A stretch of 64,000 bases of DNA from an uncultured Bacteroidales bacterium (GTDB lineage: Bacteria; Bacteroidota; Bacteroidia; Bacteroidales; ML635J-15), in contig CAYQMB010000003.1 in assembly GCA_964418565.1 (NCBI GenBank), positions 3,892 through 67,891 of the forward strand, read 5' to 3'. Below, in pieces: positions 1-8,636 of the stretch (position 1 is its first letter; each line of letters begins with the position of its first letter). The notes under the pieces were generated by a model. That model saw only the letters and a list, made by a program, of their open reading frames with translations, was not told the DNA's origin and made no database searches. Position numbers and translations under genes: made by a program.

Positions 1-2453
1 AGCACCAGGATTCCGTCATCACACACGAGTGTGCCGCCTAAATTGTTTAACTGGGAATTGTTAATGTATGATGTTTCGGCATTTACATTCAGGGTGATGT
101 CAATTCCTTTGGGAACCATAAACGGATCTGCATCACTTTCAGAACTTGCAGCTTCGGCCATTTCAGCATCAGGCAGCTCTTCTTCAGTTGAGGTTGTGTC
201 TTCTGTACCCATGCCATCAACCAATTCCATTAACTGATTGATATCTGTTTTTTCCGATGTAAAATCCAATGTTCCTGTAAGCAATCCTTCATCTCTGAAA
301 TAATTTTCAAAGTTCTTAATTGAGCCTTTCAGGTTGAAATCTGAATTGCCGATTTCAAAGCGGCTGTTTTCAATGAAAAACTCCTCAGGTGTGAAATCAA
401 ACTTGATTTGAGGAATGTTTACATCGTACAGTAAATCGGCAAGTTGGATGTGGCCACTGTTAAAATTGACATTAAGATTCGGACTCCATTCTAAAAATGA
501 ATTTTCTTGTGTTGTATCTCTGGTGGCGTTTGCTGATACTGTAATATACTTAGTATTGACGGATGCATACTCCCCAAGGATTGCATGTATTCCATTACTC
601 TGATATGCCAGGTTCAGAGATACATCTTCACTGTTTTCTGGAGTATAGTAGTTAGCAGAACCTTTAGGCATAATTATTTCTGCCTTTATTGTATCCATCT
701 CGGCAGCGAGCATATCAAAAGCAAAATTCACACCCATTGATGGCTCTGTGCTGGTGTCCATGACATTGGATAAACCCAGTGTCAGATCTGCCGAAGTCGC
801 CCTGGCAATGGTGTTTACACTGTCAACCATTGTTATGTTTAATTCCGGGCTTATCAGTGTTGCCTGAATGAGTTCATGAAATGCATCATTGCCTGCCATA
901 TTCGGACTCGGAAGCTGGTATCCAAGGGCCAGATTCTGCGATTCCACGTACATACTGTCCTGGTAAACTGCATTTAAATCAGTCAGGTTTATCATGCCGT
1001 TTGACTTAATCTTAGTTAAGTCCATAGCTGCTAAATCATCAAGCTTTGCATTGACGTTAAAATGGCAATCAGCCATCCCCGACATATCAACATTTAAACT
1101 GTCAGGCAAAAACGATTTGATTTCCCTGAGATTAAGCTTGGCCAGCAGGGCAAGGTCGCATTCTTGTGTTCCCATGGCATCTTTTATGGAGCCACTGCAT
1201 TTTAAGGCATTGTTGTTTAGAACGGTACTCAGATTCTTGATGATCACATCGGCTTTATCGGTATTTGTGTTCAGATCAAGATTGATATCGGCATTTGTAT
1301 TGGCAAATGTGTACGGCAGGTCTGCATAGGTTCCATTCAGGTCATTGACTTTTAAATTTGTGTTAATTACCGGCATTAAGCTGTCGTTATAAAGACCATT
1401 TGCTCTGCCTGAAATTTGAATATCGCCATCAAAATTAATGTCAGATACCAATTGCTGATAATCCTCCGGAATCAGAGCAAATATGTCATCCAATCCCCAT
1501 TTGTTGGTTATCAGAGACATATCCATTTCGATGTCACTGTCAGTGCCTCGTTTTGCCCATCCGTCAAGCACAAATTCCAGTTTGTCTATTGCCAGCTCGG
1601 TTTTCTTTAATGTGATGCTTTCATCAGCAATATCAATAGACATGGGCGCATTCAGATGCAGATTTGTTGAATCAAGATAGGCGGTATCGTTTGTTGAATA
1701 GGAGATTGATTTTATATCCGTTTGCACAAGACCTTCAAGCATGTTGTCTGCAATGCTGCCATCGACAAAGAATGAGAAATCATCAATGTTTGCAGACATC
1801 GGCGAGCTGTCATTGACAGAATACTGTACATTATCAATATCGACATTCATTTTGGCATTTCCGGAGGTTTCCTCGTATTTTGCGCGAATGGAGAAATTCA
1901 GATTGGTAATCTCCGCTTTTGTTTTGCTTTGTTCGTCAATATAATTTGCTTTTACGTTTTCGAGTTCGATTTTTTGAAGGTCAATCAAATCCGGTAATTC
2001 CGGGCTTGTTTCATCTTCCTCTTCTTCATCATCTGCTGCCGGAAAAATGTCGTAATTTGCATTTCCCAGGCTATCGACATATACATTTGCCGCACCATTT
2101 TTCAAATAGATTTCATTCAGGACAACGGACTTATTTTTTCGCCATTCTTTATGGTCAATGCTGGCAATAAAATCATCGAAATGTGCCAGGGTGTCGGATT
2201 GAGCGCCTTTTACAGGATTTATTAGTGTGAGATTCTCAACATGAAGCCCGAGTTTGGGAAATGTTTTGAAAAAGGTTACATCAACCGTTCCTACCCTGAC
2301 ATCGCAGTTCAATATCTTGTTTGCCTGCTTAGAAACGATGGGCGTAATTCTTTCCGGGGTTAAAACGAGCCACATTGTGATTACTACACCAATTATAATC
2401 AGCAATGCAAGTGCAATAGATGACTTCTTAAGAATCCTGAGCGCTTTTTTCAT
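1..2453 (-). CDS. AsmA-family outer-membrane biogenesis protein (N-terminus at 2453; C-terminus beyond window start)
   Basis: My minus-strand translation from ATG (cat at 2451-2453) stays open to position 1. It starts MKKALRILKKSSIALALLIIIGVVITMW (N-terminal TM anchor) and continues as a long repetitive beta-rich body ending ...LGGTLVCDDGILVL, as in AsmA C-terminal regions. It is absent from the ORF track because it runs off the edge. The plus-strand ORFs listed for 31-2526 are shadows of it. Confidence 0.6.
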   Translation of the reverse strand, partial: MKKALRILKKSSIALALLIIIGVVITMWLVLTPERITPIVSKQANKILNCDVRVGTVDVTFFKTFPKLGLHVENLTLINPVKGAQSDTLAHFDDFIASIDHKEWRKNKSVVLNEIYLKNGAANVYVDSLGNANYDIFPAADDEEEEDETSPELPDLIDLQKIELENVKANYIDEQSKTKAEITNLNFSIRAKYEETSGNAKMNVDIDNVQYSVNDSSPMSANIDDFSFFVDGSIADNMLEGLVQTDIKSISYSTNDTAYLDSTNLHLNAPMSIDIADESITLKKTELAIDKLEFVLDGWAKRGTDSDIEMDMSLITNKWGLDDIFALIPEDYQQLVSDINFDGDIQISGRANGLYNDSLMPVINTNLKVNDLNGTYADLPYTFANTNADINLDLNTNTDKADVIIKNLSTVLNNNALKCSGSIKDAMGTQECDLALLAKLNLREIKSFLPDSLNVDMSGMADCHFNVNAKLDDLAAMDLTKIKSNGMINLTDLNAVYQDSMYVESQNLALGYQLPSPNMAGNDAFHELIQATLISPELNITMVDSVNTIARATSADLTLGLSNVMDTSTEPSMGVNFAFDMLAAEMDTIKAEIIMPKGSANYYTPENSEDVSLNLAYQSNGIHAILGEYASVNTKYITVSANATRDTTQENSFLEWSPNLNVNFNSGHIQLADLLYDVNIPQIKFDFTPEEFFIENSRFEIGNSDFNLKGSIKNFENYFRDEGLLTGTLDFTSEKTDINQLMELVDGMGTEDTTSTEEELPDAEMAEAASSESDADPFMVPKGIDITLNVNAETSYINNSQLNNLGGTLVCDDGILV

Positions 2454-2506
2454 GTCTAATTTGGGTTTTTCAAGAAAATTGTTGAGGGATAAATTTGCTG
2501 TCAGGT

Positions 2507-2890
2507 TTATTCCTGAACTTTTGTGAATTGATATGTTGTGCCGTAATCATCCTGATAAGAGAGCGTTGTTTCAGTGAGTTCCGTAACCGTGTATGTTTTG
2601 GGTACGATACCTCCGATTTCCATTATATGCTCCTGTAATAATTGATCTCCGTCTAATGTCCATGTGAAATCCTGTGCTTCTTCTTCTGAAACATCATCTG
2701 CAGTATCCCATGTATAACCGGTGCTGTCAGCAAAGTATCGCTCATGCAAAGTGCCTTCTGCCCATTTTCCAATCAATAATGATTCATCAAAAGAGGTGGG
2801 TTCGTCCGGCTCACAGGAAACAAAAAAGGACAAGCCAATAAAGGACAAAATGACAACAGCTGTTTTTAGAATGGTCGTGTTTTTATTCAT
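2507..2890 (-). CDS. small lipoprotein, lipocalin-like
   Basis: Lipobox signal peptide (...LSFFVSC). GKW motif and a ~100-aa beta-rich body typical of small lipocalin-like lipoproteins. Confidence 0.5.
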   Translation of the reverse strand: MNKNTTILKTAVVILSFIGLSFFVSCEPDEPTSFDESLLIGKWAEGTLHERYFADSTGYTWDTADDVSEEEAQDFTWTLDGDQLLQEHIMEIGGIVPKTYTVTELTETTLSYQDDYGTTYQFTKVQE

Positions 2891-3159
2891 AAGTCAAAAA
2901 TTTAATTCTTAAGGTTTGGCTTTACAAAATAAGAAAATAATGCCATATCAGTCCAAAATAATTCAGTATTTGTTTTACTTGCTCATTAGTTTTTGTGCAC
3001 ATCAAAATATCAAATTGTGTGCTGAAATGCTTGGTTTCAATTATTGTGCCAGCTTTTAAATCGTATTGTTCATGATGTGGTTTTAATTTGAGTGGTGTGG
3101 AATTAATGCAAGGTGGCGACCAGGTGAAATCGCAAGGCAGGCATTGGGCTTTAATGATT

Positions 3160-3254
3160 TAAAAAACACGGGTTCCACACTCGATACCTGCCCGCCCCAT
3201 ACTACTGGTTTCCCGGCAATGACAGGCAGATGGGCTCGTAATCAATTCTGAATG
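3160..3254 (-). repeat. degenerate fourth copy of the tRNA-Met downstream terminator module, split by a 48-nt insert (3186-3233)
   Basis: ttccacactcgata...ctcgtaatcaattctg aligns with caccacactcggtactcgctctcaattctg of the copies at 5104, 6343 and 8458. The A-run (3160-3165) sits in the same relative position. Confidence 0.4.
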
Positions 3255-3677
3255 GCATGGCATCAGGTATTCAGGAGTTAAAGACAAGCAGGGTAATTGT
3301 CAGGTATCTCCACCTGTGAAATTGTAATTATTGCATGAAAATCATAAAGTGATTGTAACGTCCTTTTTTGGCACTTACCAGCGATTTAATGGTTCTGTAG
3401 TTCAAAAGTAAATTCATTTTTTGAAATAAAACTTTGCAAAACGGATTAAATGCCAGTATATTATTAATTGATGTAAGTGTTAACAAATGATGCAGATACA
3501 CAACAGGAATTGAAATATCATGCATGTTTTGTGTGCGGATAATCGCGTTAACATCCATTCATTAAAGCAAAGTGTACACTTTAAAAAGACCAAACAGTAA
3601 CCAAGCAGTTAATTTAAGCCATTAAGGAACAAGCCGAAAATCCTTAAGAGAGTAGGCTGAGATTAAATCTGATTATT

Positions 3678-5078
3678 ATGAAAAAAGCGACATTATTAAT
3701 CGTATTGATTTTTGCTATAGCAAAGCTTTATGGACAGGGTTATTATGAAATTGATTTTGTCGGATCGGGTGCTGATCCTGATAACATCCGTGTTGAAAAC
3801 CTGACTCAGGGAACCAGTTTGGATATGGATGGGACTGATGTACTCCACCTTATGCTGGGGGAATCAAGTATTGGTTCAATTACAGCAGATAGAGAAAATC
3901 TGACAATTTTTCCAATCCCTGTGAGGCAAACCTGTAACATTGAATTTATGAATGCAAACCGGGGAAATGTTAGTATCAGGATTTATGGTATTACCGGCAA
4001 GCAAATTCATGATTACAGCAATGTTTTGTCAGATGGGAGCCACCGGTTTAGTGTGACAGGGCTGGCTGCCGGTACGTATGTAATAAGAGTACAAACAGAA
4101 ACGGACTTGTTTACAGGAAAAGTCACTTCTGTTGAACACACTGAATCATCCCCCGCTATTACTCATAAAGCAGGAATAAAATCAAGCAATACAATTAAAA
4201 ATGCAGAAAATCCTGATCCATTGCATCCTGATTTATCCGGCAAAAACACGGGCAAGGCTATTGTCGAAATGGATTATTATGAAGGAGACCAGTTGAAGTT
4301 TACCGGGTATTCAAACGGATTTTTTAATGGATGTATATTTGCTTTGCCAGGCAGTAATAATACATATACATTTCAGTTTATTGAACAACTTGGTCAATGC
4401 AACGGTTTAACCCAAATTACAGACACACGGGATGGGCGCGTTTATAATACAATAGGGATTGGCGATCAATGCTGGATGGCCGAAAGCCTAAAATATTTAC
4501 CAGAGGTTGTAGGACCCGGTACAGGCTCAAATATCACAGCTTATTATTATGTATATGGTTATGACGGCACAAACGTGACAGCGGCCAAAGCAATTGCAAA
4601 TTTTGGTACGTATGGTGTATTGTACAACTGGCCTGCAGCGATGAATGGCATGGAAGGCAGTTCAGCCAACCCCAGCGGTGTGCAGGGTATTTGTCCTTCA
4701 GGCTGGCATTTGCCGAGCGATGCAGAATGGCAGGAGTTGGAAATGGCACTAGGTATGTCACAAGCCGATGCTGACCTTTTGGGCTGGAGAGGCACAAACG
4801 AAGGCAGCAAGTTGGCAGGTAATGCATCTTTATGGGAAGATGGAGGTTTAGAGCAAAATCCGGAATTCGGTAGTAGTGGTTTTGCAGCTCTTCCGGCTGG
4901 ATACCGTTCCGACAACGGTAGTTTCGGCTGCGGTGGTTCCCTTGGTTGGTGGTGGACTGCTACTGATTTTTATTACATTTTAGCCTGGTCCCGGGAGTTG
5001 ACTTACCTTCAAAGCGGTATCTACAGGTTCTATCCCAATATGGAGGTTGGTATACCTGTCCGTTGCGTAAGGGATTAA
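3678..5078 (+). CDS. secreted FISUMP-domain protein with an internal T9SS-CTD-like domain
   Basis: Signal peptide. The C-terminal ~230 aa match the Fibrobacter succinogenes major paralogous domain pattern (TDTRDGRVYNTIGIGDQCWMAESL, GVLYNW, CPSGWHLPSDAEWQELE, GFAALPAGYR, VRCVRD). Residues ~75-152 look like a T9SS sorting domain (LTIFPIPV...VSIRIYGITGKQI...LAAGTYVIRV...TGKVTSV). Confidence 0.7.
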   Translation: MKKATLLIVLIFAIAKLYGQGYYEIDFVGSGADPDNIRVENLTQGTSLDMDGTDVLHLMLGESSIGSITADRENLTIFPIPVRQTCNIEFMNANRGNVSIRIYGITGKQIHDYSNVLSDGSHRFSVTGLAAGTYVIRVQTETDLFTGKVTSVEHTESSPAITHKAGIKSSNTIKNAENPDPLHPDLSGKNTGKAIVEMDYYEGDQLKFTGYSNGFFNGCIFALPGSNNTYTFQFIEQLGQCNGLTQITDTRDGRVYNTIGIGDQCWMAESLKYLPEVVGPGTGSNITAYYYVYGYDGTNVTAAKAIANFGTYGVLYNWPAAMNGMEGSSANPSGVQGICPSGWHLPSDAEWQELEMALGMSQADADLLGWRGTNEGSKLAGNASLWEDGGLEQNPEFGSSGFAALPAGYRSDNGSFGCGGSLGWWWTATDFYYILAWSRELTYLQSGIYRFYPNMEVGIPVRCVRD

Positions 5079-5094
5079 GGTGGTTAAAAAAAAA

Positions 5095-5246
5095 CACAAA
5101 AAAAAGCGAGCACCACACTCGGTACTCGCTCTCAATTCTGCCTTGTGGGCCACTAGGGTTCCCGTCCTGTCGGCCGCTTGTTACACCAGTAGTCGTACAG
5201 GCCGCCTGCTGGCCGTGATAAATTCACCTGGACTCCCTGAATAGGA
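5095..5246 (-). repeat. third, decayed copy of tRNA-Met 3' end plus terminator, interrupted by a 66-nt insert (5161-5226) at the T-loop position
   Basis: acaaaaaaaagcgagcaccacactcggtactcgctctcaattctgccttgtgggccactagggtt matches the 6334-6399 copy with few changes. After the insert, cctggactccctga resumes the tRNA variable/anticodon-stem sequence. Confidence 0.6.
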
Positions 5247-5449
5247 TGCATACCCTGGACATAAAACAATCAAATAACATTTTGAAGCAAATTAAACATA
5301 AGTCCATCGTTTACAATGATTACAAAGGTTAATTGTTTGAAACTTTTATTGTTTGTTTTGTTTTAATATGGTATATTGTATGGTATAATGAAAATTTAAC
5401 GATATAAAGATTCACGAACCAAATGCGCTGATTTATTATTCGTTTACAA

Positions 5450-6238
5450 ATGCTTTCTTCATTAAAATCAAATATCGTAACGCTCATTATTATTGTATTT
5501 ACGGCTTTAATAATCATTGGTTTCGGATGTGCACCTTCTCCTATGTATTATGGTGTAGCCAATGGCGGAAGCGAATCTTCCTATATGGATAAACCCGTTT
5601 ATCGAGGCAGTGATCAGATTTCTGAGTATGTATCTGCTAAATTATATCATTCTGTGGATGATTACGCTTATTATGAAGATGAGTCGCTTGGATTTGCTGA
5701 ATTTAAGGCGCACCGTAGTCATACTTATAAGAATGCAAATCTGGCATACGGCGGATTTTTATATGGCGGATATTATAATGTGTCAGCATTAGAAAGGTTT
5801 AAAGGTACAAAGTACATGATAGGAAGTGGAATTGCAGGTGAAGCAAATTTAAATATCCCTTTCAGATATGTTGATTGGCGAATATTAGGTGTTAAAACCA
5901 CAATTCTTTATGAAAACGGCAGCTATGCCAGATTTAGAAGTAATGCGGCAGAATATCGGGGGATTGTTAATATACATCCGTATAATGCTATCTTAAGCTT
6001 TAGTTTCACAACAGAAATTGCTGTCAAATTAAAAAAAATGAGTTTTGGATTATTTATTGCAATGGGTGGAAGTTATAACCCGGATATTAATACATTGTAT
6101 GATCATGATATCGGTATTGCGACTTTCTGTTTGCATGGTACCTATAAACGTTTTACAGGTTTTGCCCAGTTAAACATTGGTGGTTTATTTATGGGCTACG
6201 GACAAACACTTTCAACTGGTGTTAGTTTCCGGTTTTAA
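5450..6238 (+). CDS. hypothetical outer-membrane beta-barrel-like protein
   Basis: N-terminal hydrophobic signal with Cys (GFGC). G/Y-rich alternating pattern and a C-terminal ...GVSFRF ending in Phe, as in OM barrels. AT-rich codon usage. No recognisable family. Confidence 0.45.
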   Translation: MLSSLKSNIVTLIIIVFTALIIIGFGCAPSPMYYGVANGGSESSYMDKPVYRGSDQISEYVSAKLYHSVDDYAYYEDESLGFAEFKAHRSHTYKNANLAYGGFLYGGYYNVSALERFKGTKYMIGSGIAGEANLNIPFRYVDWRILGVKTTILYENGSYARFRSNAAEYRGIVNIHPYNAILSFSFTTEIAVKLKKMSFGLFIAMGGSYNPDINTLYDHDIGIATFCLHGTYKRFTGFAQLNIGGLFMGYGQTLSTGVSFRF

Positions 6239-6306
6239 GTTTAAGCAACGCCGGCGATACAGGGCTTATGCAGGCCCTCCAGGGCTTCCATCCTTTCGGC
6301 GTAAAT

Positions 6307-6428
6307 AATTTTTCCCTGTGATTTCGTGATGTAACAAAAAAGCGAGCACCACACTCGGTACTCGCTCTCAATTCTGCTTTGTGGGCCCACTAGGGCTTGA
6401 ACCTAGGACTCCCTGATTATGAGACAGG
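6307..6428 (-). repeat. second copy: direct repeat of tRNA-Met anticodon stem-loop through 3' end, plus terminator and ~35 nt beyond (att-like)
   Basis: Aligned by eye to 8422-8542. The 83-nt core, from the terminator stem gcgagcacc to ttatgag, shows a single mismatch. The tRNA-derived part is 6382-6428. Confidence 0.85.
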
Positions 6429-6702
6429 AAAGGAAAACCAACCAACGGCAAGAAAACCAGAAAAATAGAAAAACTTAAATTTTGAATTGTAAAGTATTTG
6501 CAGGGTAATTTTGTGGATCTATAATTGCTTATAGGTGTGGCTTTTTGAACTTAATCATTTCAACAAGAATCATTTCTCAGCAACCTTAAAGCTATTAACA
6601 AAATTGGTCTTAGAGCCATCTCTGTAAACATTTTATCCTGTAATTCTGACCAGAATTCATTGAAATATTTTGCTCAAAAATATGGGGTTGCTTAGTGGAT
6701 AC

Positions 6703-7290
6703 TTACCGATCACAGTTTGAGCTCAGGCTAATGGCTTGGCTGACCAATTCCCCATTATGGGAAACTTCTAAAACTATGCCTGGTACAGATTCAAAATTTG
6801 TATGATAAGTGTAAGCGTACAACTTATTTTTCTTAATCTTCCGTGGCTTAAAATACCACACATCATATGAGTTTGTATCTCTCCTCAAAATCATATTTTT
6901 ACATTCAACGCCACAAATCGTTTTTTCCTTTTTTGTATCAACACGGGTAAAGTCATTAGCATACAAGGTATCAGATTCCATAAGTTTTTTCTGGTACGAA
7001 AAACTCTTTTTTATCGCATTTGTATTGGCATCAGAATATTCCTTATAAAACATTGACTTACTGGTTATCTGCTCCTTATCAAAATCAACAACAACAGTAA
7101 AATCATATTCAAGAAGCCTGTATTGATATGTACACATATCATTAGAAAAACAATCCCTGGTTTTATAATTTCCATTATCAGAATAATTCATGTATGTTAC
7201 CTGAATTTGTTTGGATTTTATTACATCATCTGACATAAAACCAAAAGAAAGGAATCCGATAATTACAAATAGAAATAAAATATTTTTCAT
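6703..7290 (-). CDS. hypothetical secreted protein, possibly GLPGLI-like
   Basis: I prefer the internal start MKNILFLFVIIGFLSF (cat at 7288-7290) because it removes the overlap with the upstream gene. The C-terminal WYF...SVPGIVLEV weakly resembles the GLPGLI family motif. Very AT-rich. Confidence 0.45.
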   Translation of the reverse strand: MKNILFLFVIIGFLSFGFMSDDVIKSKQIQVTYMNYSDNGNYKTRDCFSNDMCTYQYRLLEYDFTVVVDFDKEQITSKSMFYKEYSDANTNAIKKSFSYQKKLMESDTLYANDFTRVDTKKEKTICGVECKNMILRRDTNSYDVWYFKPRKIKKNKLYAYTYHTNFESVPGIVLEVSHNGELVSQAISLSSNCDR

Positions 7291-7300
7291 GATTGCAAAT

Positions 7301-8041
7301 TTAAAATTGTGAAACAAACCATGATAGGGATGAATAAACTGATGCTTCGATACATGCATTATTTACCTGCCCAATAAGTGAAGGCTTAAAATTAGGATCG
7401 TTTTCAACAATCTCGTGTAAACAATCTCCATAACCAATTGCATCAACAATAGCAAATTCTACGCCTATATTCCCATATAAGTATTTATTACCAAGCTTTA
7501 AATTCCAAAACTTATAACTTTCAATAAAAATTGACCCTGTAGCTACAATATTATAATAATCTACAATACCTAAACTATCAACATCTACCTTAGTAATGTA
7601 ATCATCAATATCCATCAAGACTCTCTCAATTGAATCACACTCACATATATGCTCGTGTAAAAACATTAAAAAATCAAAACTCTCACTGGAAATATCCCCT
7701 AATTGCAATCTTCGCTCAGCATAGTCATCTATTGAATCTCTCAAAATAAATACCTCATTAAAATGATATACAAAAGGAGTGGAATTGCCCCCTAAAACTA
7801 TATTTATAATCGAATCAAAGGATAAAGTATCATTATTCTCAAGTCCGATACAACTATCATAAGCCACCAGGCATTCATTATGGAAATAACCAGCATTGTA
7901 TGGATTGGTTACATCCAGCCCCGATTTCAATTCTTGTAAAGCAAGTTCATCCTCAACATCATTATTAATCTCTTTTTCACAACTAATAAAAGTAAAGATT
8001 GATAGCGTAAATGCGATTAAAAAAATCAGTTTAGTTTTCAT
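7301..8041 (-). CDS. hypothetical lipoprotein
   Basis: Lipobox signal MKTKLIFLIAFTLSIFTFISC. Acidic, Cys-containing body with no family recognised. Very AT-rich. Confidence 0.55.
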   Translation of the reverse strand: MKTKLIFLIAFTLSIFTFISCEKEINNDVEDELALQELKSGLDVTNPYNAGYFHNECLVAYDSCIGLENNDTLSFDSIINIVLGGNSTPFVYHFNEVFILRDSIDDYAERRLQLGDISSESFDFLMFLHEHICECDSIERVLMDIDDYITKVDVDSLGIVDYYNIVATGSIFIESYKFWNLKLGNKYLYGNIGVEFAIVDAIGYGDCLHEIVENDPNFKPSLIGQVNNACIEASVYSSLSWFVSQF

Positions 8042-8107
8042 AATTAATTAAGTTTAGGTTTAAAAATATTCATAGCAATATTACTATTAAATCCGTTATC
8101 AAAATGC

Positions 8108-8143
8108 GTATTTATACCCGTTTTGAAAAACGGGTATAAATAC
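8108..8143. repeat. perfect 36-bp palindrome (17-bp arms, 2-nt centre)
   Basis: gtatttatacccgtttt ga aaaacgggtataaatac read directly from the sequence. Confidence 0.85.
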
Positions 8144-8446
8144 CTGTGTCCAGTATCTTAATACACCCTCATTTCCCCTCGGCCATCAAACCGGTTCTTT
8201 TGGCCTTAGGTGCTGATGATACCGGATTCTGCTTTTATCACCGCATCCACAAGATGCTCAAAATCTACATCACCTTTGTACTTGCCTTCTTTAGTTACAT
8301 GGAAGATAAAGCCGATCATAGTGCTTTTAGCTGCTGCAATTTCTACAGTCGTTAGATATGTACATTTGTACTGTCCTAATGAAAAAAAAGATTTGACATC
8401 CCCCAGGTTTTTTGCTTGATTAATTTTCCCGTGATTTCGTGACTAA

Positions 8447-8480
8447 ACAAAAAAAGCGAGCACCACACTCGGTACTCGCA
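8447..8480 (-). terminator. intrinsic terminator of tRNA-Met
   Basis: In minus-strand sense: GCGAGTACC GAGTGT GGTGCTCGC (9 bp in this copy, one G-U; the 6343 and 5104 copies add a 10th closing A-T pair) followed by a run of T. Confidence 0.8.
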
Positions 8481-8495
8481 CTCAATTCTGCTTTG

Positions 8496-8569
8496 TGGGC
8501 CCACTAGGGCTTGAACCTAGGACTCCCTGATTATGAGTCAGGTGCTCTAACCAACTGAGCTATGGGCCC
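8496..8569 (-). tRNA. tRNA-Met (anticodon CAU), elongator type; tRNA-Ile2 (lysidine) cannot be excluded
   Basis: Hand-folded 74-nt cloverleaf: GGGCCCA TA GCTC AGTTGGTTA GAGC A CCTGA CTCATAA TCAGG GAGTC CTAGG TTCAAGC CCTAG TGGGCCC A. The 1-72 pair is G-C and the anticodon stem lacks the three G-C pairs of initiators. CCA is not encoded. Confidence 0.9.
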
Positions 8570-8636
8570 TGAATTTCGGGATGCAATATTACGATAATTT
8601 TGGGATATCTGCAAGCTAAAAGCAGGTTTCAATGCA

